A stretch of DNA of 64,000 bases from Phoronis australis. Its lineage: Eukaryota > Animalia > Phoronida. Every line of letters begins with the position of its first letter. Within the stretch, counting starts at the first letter, position 1. The notes beneath the pieces are model-generated. The model was given only the letters and a program-made list of their open reading frames with translations, had not been told where the DNA came from and did no database searches. Positions 1 to 45,200 of this stretch are shown here, piece by piece. The stretch covers positions 824,505 through 888,504 of the forward strand of contig NMRA01000093.1 in the NCBI GenBank assembly GCA_002633005.1. The letters are read 5' to 3'. The position numbers were made by a program, and so were the translations under genes.

Positions 1-813
1 TTGAAATTGCACTCAGTTTTACGTTATTAGAAAATGGCATAAGTAAAAGAGGAAGCCGTGATGAAAATTAATTGCTAGAAAAATATAACATAAGTGAGTG
101 AACAAATTCTACAAATGTGCTGAAAATTTTAAACTTTTAAATGGCACATTCTTGAGATTTTATTGAGATTGTTTCATGCAACTGAGATATGATGATTTCT
201 CACCATGGGTCTGAGGACAGTCAAGGAATGGAATTTGGTCGCCCGGCATGAGATTTAGTGACCGGGTATCGAGTGCTTTCAATGCTTGTGTGGAGTTTAG
301 GGGCGCGGAACTGGAGTTTGTACCGCGTGTAGGTATTAGCTGGTCAGTGAGTTAAGTTTAAGAGATCGTAACAGATATTTAGAGGCGCGGCCATCGAATT
401 TTCCCAGCACATGATATTGGCATTGCTGTAATCCTTTGTCAACGACTGTCCTGTATTTGCCTACCCACGGGGCTAAAACCATGGTCGCGCTCCCAAATTC
501 CACCTATAACCCTGTATACAAACCCGCGCCCCTAAACATCCACACGCTCCAAAAATGCTCCACACGTCGACGAAGGTTTCAGTCTGGGAGCCAGTCCGTG
601 TTATGAATGCTATGGAATCGTTTCCACACCACAGCCGCATGATACAAAAAATCACAATATTATAGGTGAGCGGAGGAATAATACTCCAAATTTTGTAAAC
701 GTGGACATGATGAATATTACACCTGTTTGTAACTGTTACCGTCACCACTTGAGTAATACGTTGAATAGTAGGTACGCACTACTTCTCAGACTTTCTAAAC
801 CTGTTGTTTTCAG

Positions 814-34014
<33,201 letters not shown>

Positions 34015-35239
34015 GTAAGCAGCCGCGCTTGCGGAGATAATTATCAGCACAGTGAATAACAATGGGTTATATTCCACCATTTTATCATCAGCAGTGAAAT
34101 TATTTTCTTGTATCATACGAATATGAAATTATAAACTCATATTTCGGAGGCGAAAGTTCTCCATGTCAACCGCCCATACAACGACAGTTGCTCTATGATT
34201 ATGGGATTTCATCCCTTTTAAAACTTTCTTGAATTAGGTACTCTACTCTCATACTAAACCGGTCTCATGAATTTTCTTACCGTGATAAAGTTCTATCGAT
34301 TACCAGCACGAACAACGAAGTCACCAGCGACTGTAAAAAGCTCTTCAGAGTTTATTGAATCTCGCCAACCTTAAAATCGGAAATTTTAAAAGGGCGCCTG
34401 CGACTTAAGCTACAACAATCCAAGATGTTTTTGAACCTCAAAGTGCCTCGGTTAGGAATTCAACTTTGACAGCTAAACTGCGCCGAAATAAACCTCTCAC
34501 TACTCCACACTAACTTCATGACATGATTTGTATTTGGCACTCAACAACTATATGTTCTCGGAATGAGTTTTAACACACTCAATTTTGAATCGTTGTCACG
34601 TTGACTTGGTGATACTTGTGCGCTCTATTTACACGTTTCTGTAACTCAATGTATATTTTTGATTATCTAAATATTGACCCAATGTCGTACTTCACAAATA
34701 GTTCAGTGTTGAGTTGAGTTGTAGTAGTATAGAGTCTACGATTGCTCCACTCTCAGATATTCGTCCTTAAAGTCATATGATCCGTTTGTAGACGTTTTAA
34801 AAACATCGTGAATCTGCATAAAAACCATTGAAACATACTCATTATGCTTCAAGTAAGATTCTATGAAATGTCCGATATTTAGGTTCCGTCCGATAATTAG
34901 GTACACTATGTGTATGTCTAAAAAACTTTAAAATTTGCCGATTGGTTGTTTGAATACAGCACGCAGTGAAGTTAGTGGTGAATGGTTACAGTGGCATGGG
35001 CGCACCCAGAGGGGGGGCAATTTGGCGAATTGGGCAAAAGGTCCGCCTCAGCGAAACGAAAAGTCCGAGTAAAGGAGACAAAAGTCAGCGACGACCGTGA
35101 GACAGAATTGTCACCATCATTGTCATCCCCATTTTCGTCTTTTCATGTAATTTTGCCAAGTGTTTCTCCATCTGAGCGCTTTCATTTCATTTATTCCTTT
35201 ATTGAAAACACAGAAGCAATATATACCTTAGACAAAGGA

Positions 35240-35293
35240 TACACAGACACACACACAGACGTACATACAGACACACACACGCACACACATACA

Positions 35294-35350
<57 letters not shown>

Positions 35351-35382
35351 GTGTGTTTGTCTGTGTCTGTACGTGTGTGTGT
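35240..35382. repeat. (CA)n-like tract followed directly by (GT)n microsatellite
   Basis: Direct reading. Confidence 0.9.
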
Positions 35383-35807
35383 GATGCGTCGCCAGCACAA
35401 ATACAAAACATCTGGGTCGAGTTCGGCCGGCTACGCTGGTGTGTTGCTGAGAAAGCAATATCCGGAGGATATCGCCGTGTATTCTGAAGGCGAGCACGTA
35501 TTTTTGGTTACTTGATATTTTTTTGGCCAAGGGACAGTTATTGAAATCTACTCTTTAAAGACAGCCTCCAGCGGCTAAAACACCTTTTTGACACCGGAAA
35601 TGCAAGTATTATTGCTAGAATGGAGTTAATCAGTCGTGTAACATATTGGCTACAGGGGTCATCTTCCCAACTTGTTGTTGCGCTGTAGAATCGAATAAGT
35701 TGGGAGCAACGGGAAAACGCCGCAATGGTCCATAAAAATATTGTTTTTTCTTCTTACATACCACAGCTAGTAATTAATTGGAACATAATAAAACCACTCA
35801 TAATTCN

Positions 35808-38800
35808 GCACCATCCGCTCTACCGCCCCTTGATGATGAGGTCCTCCAGGCGGCCCAAATTTCCATTCCACGTTGTAACGTTGGCCACGACATTGGAGTT
35901 GCTCACGATTGAGACGAAGATTCAACTCTCTCATTTCATTATCAGCACCTCGAAAACACGTGGCATTGTCGCTGATTATCACAGCTGGTGCACTACGTAT
36001 GCTCACGAACCGCTCAAAGGCCTGGAGAAAGGCTGATGTTGAGAGATCTTGAACACATGTTAGATGGATTGCCCTTGTCACCGCACAGGTGAATACAGCA
36101 CAATAACCCTTGGAGACGGTGTTTCTGGTGAGTTTCACATTAACTGGTCCCAAATAGTCCACTAACGTAGTCTTAAATGCTGGGGTACACGGCGTAATAC
36201 GACAGCCAGGAAGATCGGCCATCTTTTGCTTCAACGGTTTCCCACGGTAACGTCTACAGGTCATACATTCGTAAACGACGCGTCGAGATACGTTAATGTC
36301 TCCGATTAACCAGTAATTCTTACGGACTTCGAAGACAGTTCTGAGGTATCCTCCATGGAGTGCGTGGCGACGCCTCTCACGAACAACCAGCAGACTTATG
36401 TGACTTCGCTTTGGTAGTAGATATGGGTGACGGATGTCATAAGAAATCGGTGCCTTTCTGATGCGACCACCAACTCTATACACACCCTTTTCATCGTCGA
36501 AGAAAGGACTAAGACTCATTATCTGGTGGTTCGTGAAGTCAATTTCCCGTTGAGCACAACGGATCCAATACAACTCAGCTTCTTTCAGGTGCGCTCGAGT
36601 AGGCCATTTGGAAATCTGAGACGTCAGCGACTTTAACCACTGAGACCTTGGCAAATCTTTCAAAGACAAGATACGAGCAGTGACCATGAGCAGCCTTGAC
36701 CAACTTGAGAACCGCTTAGGGTCAATGAACGGTGTGACAGCCACTTTCACAGCGTACATGTGGGCATTTCTGACGTGAAACTTCTTTTGCTCGGGATCAT
36801 CTGAAATCTGAATAGTCTTGGGCGTAATGGGCCAAAGGGCAGGTGGTTGTTTTAGGAACTCTGGTCCGTCTATAACTTGTTGCATTTCAGCAGCCGTACC
36901 ACCACGTGAGACAAGATCGATGACATTCTGTTTGGTTGGAACATAGGATAAGTCTTCAATTGGATCAAACTCTGACGTAACTTCGCCAACGCGGTATGTT
37001 ACATACGACTTGAAAGATTTCGACTGACCACGTAACCAGCATATTGCAGTCAAACTGTCGGTCCACAATCTCCTGTAGGATACTTCAAGTCTTAGAGCTC
37101 TGTCAACACATATCATCAGCCGTGACAGAAGAAGGATCGCTTGAAGCTCTTTGCGTGGTATACTTGTCTGTTTCAACGGGGTAACTCGTGCTCTGGCACA
37201 AACGAACGACAGTTCAGCACTATCATCCTCTGGATAGGACCAACGTAGCCAAACACCCATACCCATGGCATCCTCAGAGGCATCACTGAAACCGTGTAGT
37301 GACACTGTGGGCAGGGTTGTCAAGACTTTAAACTTTTCCGGGATAAGACAGCGAGGTATCTCAATCGTATTGACTTGTTCTAAATCCTTTTGGATTTCGT
37401 CCCATATGGAGCATAGCTCGCTTTGGGGTGTTAATGGCGTGTCCCAGTCTAACTCAAATTGCCACAAACGTTGAAGCAGAACCTTAGGACGTACGAGAAC
37501 GCCTGACAATATTCCAAATACATCGTAGCAGGACGCAGTTTTCTTCAGAATGTTGCGTTTTGTCACCATTTCATGTTCGATCTTGACTGGTTTCACACTG
37601 AGTGTGTCTTTTTCGAGGTTCCATTTGGTCCCAAGTACAACAGCCTCACCATCGCTGGGAACGAATTCTGTTTCACAAATTTCGCTCACGTTGGATAACC
37701 ACTTGCGAATCTTGAATTTCCCTTTGTCTAGTACTTCAGTAAGGCGGCCCTTCAACTGACTCGCATTCTGGGGTGTTCTCTGTGAATCGTTTCAATCGTC
37801 CATGTAAAACTGGTCTCGGGTGATGCGTTGAAGCTCTACATCATCAGGTGCATGCTCGTCAACTGTATGTCGTAACGCTACTATGGCTGCAGTTGGAGAC
37901 GGTTTGTCACCGAATGTGACCGTTGTCAATTCGTAGACGTTGACAGGGTAATCTGGATGCTCTCTAAAGACATAACGGTGAAATCGAGCATCCTCTGGTG
38001 TTATCTTAACTGCTTGAAACATCTTGCTAATGTCTGCTGCTATACCAACTTCAAACTCTCGAAATCGTAGTGCAACATCAAAAAGATCGCTGGTGATGTT
38101 TTTACCCTTCGCAAGGTAATCATTGAGAGAGTGCCCTTGATGTCTCGCCTTGCCGTCGAACACAACACGCAAAGGAGTAGTAATCGAGTCCTTCTTGACA
38201 GCAAAATGAGGCAGGAACCACATTCCCTTGTCTTCACGAGTGTCTCTCTGCAGCTCCTCTTCAGTAACAAGTCTGGCAACGCCACGGGACACCTGGTCTC
38301 TCATCTGTTCGCAGTAAACTCTCCATTCATCTGGTCTGTTGCGAAACTGTTTCTCTAGGTTCTGAAGTCTGTTGACTGCATAAGTGTAGTTGTTTGGCAG
38401 TTTCTCTGGAGACTTCCTCCACGGCAAATTTATCTGGTATGAACCATCTTCTAGTCGAGTGACACTTTGCTTCATAAAGTCGGCAGCCTGCTTGTCCTGC
38501 TCTTCTGCAGTACACTTACAACGTTTCGGCTCCAAACCCATCCTCTCCAAACCAAGAAACTCTTCAAGCTCGCCTACTGCACATATTTGTGCGTAGTGTA
38601 GTAGGGCATTACACTGAAGCTCACCAGGACTACGACCCCCTTGAATGTACCACCCCAGCGGACATCTGGCAGCGATGGGGTCATCCAGTTTCGGACCAAT
38701 GATTACTTCCTCTGAAGTGATCAGATCAGTATTGTCTACGCCCAGAAGCACGTCTATTAAGTCACAGGGAGCTTCGGTTATCTTGACGTTCTGTAAATGG

Positions 38801-40528
38801 GGATACTGTGCAATCTGCTGGTTGGAAACTATTGATGTGTCTCCGCACGGTTTTCGCATTTTAGTGAGTCTGACCTTACGAGATAGTGTTCCAGACAAAT
38901 CTTCAATCACGCAGTCGACGACTCGGAGACTTTAAACTCATTGTGTTGCCGCCCACGGTGGTGAGTTGATATTCTTGCATATGGTGATCAGCAGACTTAG
39001 GAATGATACCTTCACGAATAAGTGAAACCTGGCTACCCTGGTCAAGAAGAATACGGACCATCACCTTTCTTGTGCCATGACTTATGTACCCCATCACAGT
39101 TGGCAAAACATTGGCCAAGCCTTGACACGAGTGCTCATGTCTGCAGTGGAGGTCGGATTAGAATTCACTGGTTGAAACTCGGGTACCTGCGTATTCAAAC
39201 CAGGAGTAAACGATGACTTGTCTGAGTTACCATAGCCATCGAGGCCGTATACAATGGGACATATCGAAGAGAAATGCGTATCTCTACCACAGGTCCGTAT
39301 CTGGCAAGGAGCTTTGAACTGGCAGTTCTGTTGATCGAATGGGTGCTTTCCTGCTATGCAGTTATTATGTCCACATCTAAAGCAAATGTTATTCTTCTTC
39401 ATGATGTCAAATTTCGCATCTTGTTTCAATGTTCTGAACTTGTTACAGCCTTTAAGAAAATGGTTAGTGAACTTGGGATGCAAAGGACATTTTAATGGTA
39501 GTTTTGTACCAGGGGACACCGTTGCGTGATTCGTTGTTGTTTTGTACCGCTTGTGTTGCTGTTGTTGGCTTTGCACAGGTATCTCGCCACAGTCTTTGGC
39601 TTTCTGCAAGACAATCAGTTGCTCGTGTAGCCATTTGACCAAACCGGTCAGTGTATCTTCAGTTTCGCCATCACGGGTGCTTTTCAAGTACTGAATGCGG
39701 TGTTCTTCTTTCATCTTACGTCGAATCTGTGTTAAAATGACCCTGTCATTCAGACCACCCGATAAACTGAGAGATTCTACTTGAACCTCAAAACACTGCA
39801 ATGTTTCGACAAATGTTTCTAAAACTGGTAGGTCAATTCGCCCCCTTATAACATATGATTTTAGGTTGTCGATGTCTCTCAGCAAAGCGTCGATTATGCG
39901 GTCATCGTCACCATACTCATTGTCCAAAATCTCCCACGCCCTAGCAACACTCAAACAGTTTTTTTATTTTCCTTTTCTCCTTTTGCCTGTCCATTGATTC
40001 AATCAACTGATACAAACACTCAGTTTCTCCCAGAGATTTGGCAAAATACATGAACCGTTCTTTGAAGTGTTTGTATTCTCTCAAGTCACCTGAGAACGGA
40101 GGGAATTTAACCTTTGCCATTCGTACGGCAGATGTCGCTTCACTTGACTCGAGTTTCTCAGGTTTTGCAGCATGTGAGGGTTCTGGCTCTGTACCACGAG
40201 CAATGAGATGGTACATTATAGGTAGAGCAGATTTACGCACATCATCTATGTAGCCCTCAGCACGACCTTCAATATCGTTTACTGCCATTTCGTTATTAAC
40301 GTCTTCCAGTTCACTCAGTTCAAGTTCTAACACTCGTTCGTTATGTATTTCCAGTTCATCCATACTATTTCGAATAGAATCTCCGAGTTTCTGGTATTCA
40401 GACTTCGGAATACCATCCGTGGAACTTAACAACAAGTGTGCCTGTTTGACAAATCCGGTTATTTTACGTTTGCTAGCCGCCCGGCTCGATTTAACACTTT
40501 TCAAGTCCGAGTCACAGGGCGCCGCCAT
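35808..40528 (-). pseudogene. BEL/Pao gag-pol polyprotein broken into five ORFs
   Basis: ORFs 39941-40528, 39094-39954, 38903-39118, 37792-38910 and 35767-37755 carry consecutive domains in shifting frames. Confidence 0.85.
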
Positions 40529-40630
40529 TTTGAATTTTCAGTCTACGTTGAGTGCTATCGGAGAAAGTTCGGTAAAGTTCACTCTTATAGTTCGACTTCT
40601 ACTTACATATCACACAAAAGTTGAAAAAGC

Positions 40631-40848
40631 TGTTATAGAATCACACGTTGAAACAATAAATAGTCTCTGCAATGCGTTTCGGCGAATAAAATGCGATAAA
40701 TATTGCGAGCGACTCGACGTTTATATATGTATATTTTTCAACTGTGTGGAACTACAAACAAATAACGCCACTGTCACAAACCGATAAAACGAACGACAGC
40801 GACATCTATAGAAAGGCTTATAACTAACTAGCAATCCGTCGCATGACA
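40631..40848 (-). repeat. Putative 5' LTR of the BEL/Pao element
   Basis: Minus strand reads TGTCA...TAACA just upstream of gag. No partner LTR in the window and no clear TGG primer-binding site. Confidence 0.35.
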
Positions 40849-40920
40849 ATCGAAGAGAAGTGAAGAAATCGGTGGACTATGCATCACTCTCTCCTAATAA
40901 ACGAAAATATTTCTGTCCAG

Positions 40921-41104
40921 TTACTGCCCAGGAGTGTCGTACTTGTCATCGAGACCGAGTGCACAGAACTACTTACGCTATGTGGACAGAGGACACAAGA
41001 TCGACTTTGCAGCAGAAGTTAACGGTTGGTGGCAAGAGAAGACTCAGTACAACTATACTACAGACACGTGTGATCCTGGTAGAATATGCGGGCACTACTT
41101 GCAG
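40921..41104 (+). CDS. CAP/SCP (PR-1/CRISP/PI16-like) domain protein, internal exon
   Basis: gtccag|..YCPG...EVNGWWQEKTQYNYTTDTCDPGRICGHYLQ|gtgcgt; matches W..E...Y.Y....C.....CGHY.Q. Confidence 0.85.
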
Positions 41105-41624
41105 GTGCGTATGATTACTTGGCACGCTACGCAAAGCTGGTTATTTTTGTTACGGAAAATTCAAATACACAATTTGCCATAAGCATACGAAATAGTATCC
41201 AAAGGGAATTTTTCACAGTGTGCAGGGGTGGGGCATACAACTACCATTCATGAGTGCAGTAAAAACTTTCACGTTTTTAAAAATCATCCTCGAACGTGTT
41301 TTCGTTATTGTACATGTGTTGGACTATTCTGGAAATTCGTTTGACGTTTTTGCAACACAAGAAAGCACACTTTAAACAAACCAATCCTCACCTCAATTAG
41401 AGTTAAAGTGCAGTCATTGACAACTTTTTCACAAATTTTTGAAGTGGACTTAAATCAGAGGAATGATATTGAACGGAAACTGTATTTTATTCTGAATAAA
41501 TTTTGGATAGTTTTCTATGAGTTGTTGATAAATTGTCTGTCCACGGATCCACCGACCGCAGTACAGCCAACAAGTGGCAAGGGGGTGAGGGTCAGCCATT
41601 CAATACCATGTTTAGTCTAATACC

Positions 41625-42258
41625 TGTGGAGAATTTCTGGCTTACACTGGTCACCGCTCTGATTCCCTAAGCCCCAGACAACTTTTAGGACGGGTATTCA
41701 GCACTCCCTTTGTATTGATATACATGTAGATCTGGCTAATGAAGTGTAAGGTAATAGCAAGCACTAATTTCTTAACAATGGTGGTAGTTATTACACCTAA
41801 ATTGGTTTTCACTGGCATTTGTACAGAGTTAAAACCAGTAATGTGGAGAGTAGTTTTAACTTGGTAAATTTTAAATATTACAAAAAATAAAACCTTAATT
41901 TGCGTTGATCTTGACAAACGACCGCTTCCCAACGGAACGTTGGTTTTAAACATGTTTCACACCTGTTTTCATTATTTTATACTCAAATCTCCTGTCTCCT
42001 TTTTTATTACCGGTTAGGGTTCCTTTCTTTTTATTTTGACTTTAAACGAAGTATCAAAATAACTTAGAAGTCAATTAATTGTAAACCCATCCCTGACTTT
42101 TCCAGATTACAGCTACACCAAACATGTCACAGCAAACAAAATTACACCTGCCATTATTTCAAGTTCAATATTTATTAGAACTCAAATCATAAAATATATA
42201 CAAAAGTGCAAATATAGGGAAGATTTGGAACCTCTGGACAATTTTGGTTGCAGTAACT
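41625..42258. repeat. Dispersed repeat family A (other copies about 61045-61739 and short 52445-52512)
   Basis: Shared start tgtggagaatttct.gcttacactggtcacc..gattccctaagcccc and collinear similarity over about 650 bp. Confidence 0.8.
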
Positions 42259-45200
42259 ACATAACTATTTTTGCCTTTCCCTTTGTCATCAAAAATGAAT
42301 TAACAGCTCTTGCCCACCGACCAACCTCATCCACTGCATTCTCTCGTCGACTACAAAGCTATCCATCTTCTTGTCTTCACACGTGTTCCATTACAACTAC
42401 AATCTAACTATCGAAATTGGCGCATCTGTTTCCGCGAATATCAGTGATCCGGTTAGTGTACTACTCCTCGAGTAAAATAGTTCAGCATGCCCTGGACCAT
42501 AAGCGATGTTTTAAAAGTTATTGACATCTAATTTAGTCACTGTGTGTTATTTATAGATGTTTCAATGTAGCTTAGGTGTATATTAAAGAACAATCTACGT
42601 GATATTGTTAACTCTGATCAGCATGTGTAAATCCACCCAGTATATCAATACGCACAGTCCGTTATCTTCAATCGTACCCAATGTTTGTAGTTTTTAGCTA
42701 AATAGTTCATCGATTTTCAAAAATCGAAAACCAAACTTGATTGTTTTTTCCATCTGAATACCGCTGTTGGTTGATGCATTTTGAAATTCGGCAGTATGTA
42801 CAAGCAGAGATGTTTACTAAAGTTTATGACCGGGTAACTACACTTAATTGGGTCTTGCTGGCACCGGAAAATGCGGTCATCGCAAGTGAGTCCGACTTTG
42901 GCGCCGCGCTCTCTTTGATCCTGGTAAAAGCTGCTGAGAAGGACGAGCGGTGAAAAGTCACGCATATCTTTAGACACGACATAAAATCACATTAGAGATG
43001 AGAGAAATTGGGTGAAGTATGACACCACAGAGTTTGGTGGTTTAGGAGATACTAGGGAAGTCTTCTGGGGGCAAAATGAGGCAATTTCTTGATGTGGAAT
43101 GGGTCATTTTTGACTACATTTTCTGCTGCAGTTTCTGCTTCAAACAGAGATTTTTCTGAATAATTTTGAAATCACATGATAGGTTTATGACAAATGTAAA
43201 CACAAATGGCACCGACACTAAAATATCGGTTACCATGGTAACACTGGAACTGTTTCCGTGGAGGTACATTTCATGCTTGTGAAAAGCCAGCAGTAAGTTA
43301 TTATTATGATTATTATTATTATTATTATTACTATTATTAATGTAATATTTATGAGGGTAGCCCCATCAGTTCACACTGCTTTTCGTGGGGGTACTCAGTT
43401 ATACCCTTATAGCGAAGCTGACTCAACGAGAAAACTAAAAAATAACATGGGCATGTAGAAGACTCCATGCCCTTGAAATTCATGCAAAAAAATTTGTCAG
43501 CCCTTCAGGGAAGCTTGGTAATAGGTGTCTGAATTTCGCTATTTTCAGACCGCACATATGTGTATTTGTCGTGTTAAACCAGTCATGTCTAGTTGTGCGC
43601 CGTTTCTACGCATTAAAATGCCGTGGTATAATATAACAATTAAAAGACTTGGTTTGATTAAATGTTTCTATTTAATTTTAAGGACACAAGCAGTTCCCAT
43701 TAAACTATGTTTATCCAACTCACTGAATACCAAACTAAAGCATGCACTGTGCGGTAGTTGAATGATGGCTGATCTAAAGTGCAGGTTCGAGAATTTATCT
43801 ATTTATTTGGCACTGCCAGTCGCATCAAATGGGGTATTTTTACAAATTGCCGAGAGAAACAACTTTGAAAATTCTTGAGACATGCACAAGGAATATAGCG
43901 AGACATTTGAGAACCTTAAAAATGAGGGGATGGGAAGAAGGTTGACCGTGTCCTCCTGAGAAGTAGTCTGTTTGCCTCGGAGGCAGGTGCCTGCAGCAGG
44001 AGCTAAATTATCTACCGTCGTAGCTTCACTTTCCCGAATCATCGTTACAACCCTCGGTATATATTGGCGTCGCCAAAGACACTACACACAAGAGGGGGAA
44101 ATCCTACAGAGGTCTGAAAAATACCCAAAGACGTAAAGTCAAGGTTCAACGTCCTGCTTCGTGCGAGCTCAGGTAGGAATCATCAAACTCCAGGGTCAGA
44201 CTCTGAGGAATATTTTTAGGAGCACGTCATTTATGCAAACATACTTTTATTGGCGAACTGTGATTGCTTATAACTTGGACCTTATTTCAAATTGCTTGAA
44301 GTATATGCAGTGTATGTTTTCATTGGCATAGAAAATAGGTAGTTATCATAACTTTCATAAAAACACCAAATGCGTTTAAACATTTGACATGACTTCTGCC
44401 CATGACCTACTGACTAGAGATTATGTCATATGTCCGCTATTGAATGTGTGCGATTGCACTGTTGCATTGGGGATTTTAGATGGTCTTACTAGACATTGCT
44501 TAGCAAATACGTAGTATTCACTGGGTGCTACACAAGCACATTTGATTAACCACCTCTCTTAAGGCTCTGTTGTTTTCATTTGGTTGATCTCTATAGCCTA
44601 TCACTGTAAACATGTAACAAAAGATATTCCAATACAGCTGACTGAATATAACTAAGAATTTTCAGGGATATGCAGAAACTCCCAGACAAAACAGGCTGAC
44701 TTAATGAAATTTCAGAGTGGGTCAAAAGAAAGCGAGTTAGATTTGACGCCCATGGATACTACAGTAACAGTAAATACTTGTAAAAATCTGTAACAAATTT
44801 CGTAATTGCCTAAAATCGGTCAATTGTTTTATGTTTCAATGTTATGAAGAGAAATATAATGCATAAATCATGCATTTCACAATGAAGGCTGACACATTTA
44901 AATCGGCCTCAATATTTTCTGCACGTAATGTGCCATACTTCTGTTTGATACCTTTGTCCTACTGCCAGGTACATAGAAATTTAGTTTGTAAGTTTTTATA
45001 ATCAAATCTGAGTGCCTTATTTGTGAAGCCTTCACTTTAGTATACATTTTTTCTGAGCCAAAATGGACACATTGAATTCAATATATTTAATTTTTTTTAA
45101 TACAATTTTAGGAATCAAGAAAGCCTTATGCTGAAGAAGTGGCTTCTGCTGAAGTTAAAGACTTGACAATTGTTACTAAAGGTTGGGTATGGAAATTCTC

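Larger units (their letters stand above)
35808..40848 (-). mobile_element. BEL/Pao LTR retrotransposon, frameshifted, 3' end cut by the N at 35807
   Basis: Domain order gag (KVKFPPFSGD, three Cys/His knuckles), protease (ILLDQGSQVS), RT (WFLPHFAV, LRVVFDG, ADISKMF, FYMDD), RNase H (LHGFSDAS), integrase (CMTC, DYLGP, SDNAT, GAVERMV). Confidence 0.93.

Noticed and set aside
34218-34375. gaattag|GT ACT CTA as the next ferlin exon (GTL...)
   Set aside because: Stop after six codons and no convincing ferlin motif in any frame.
34982-35530. ORFs with HTHT/VCVC runs
   Set aside because: Translations of the CA/GT microsatellite.
35808-40528. Programmed ribosomal frameshifting to explain the BEL ORF breaks
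   Set aside because: BEL/Pao elements normally have one ORF; four breaks, including one just after YMDD, point to decay or sequence error.
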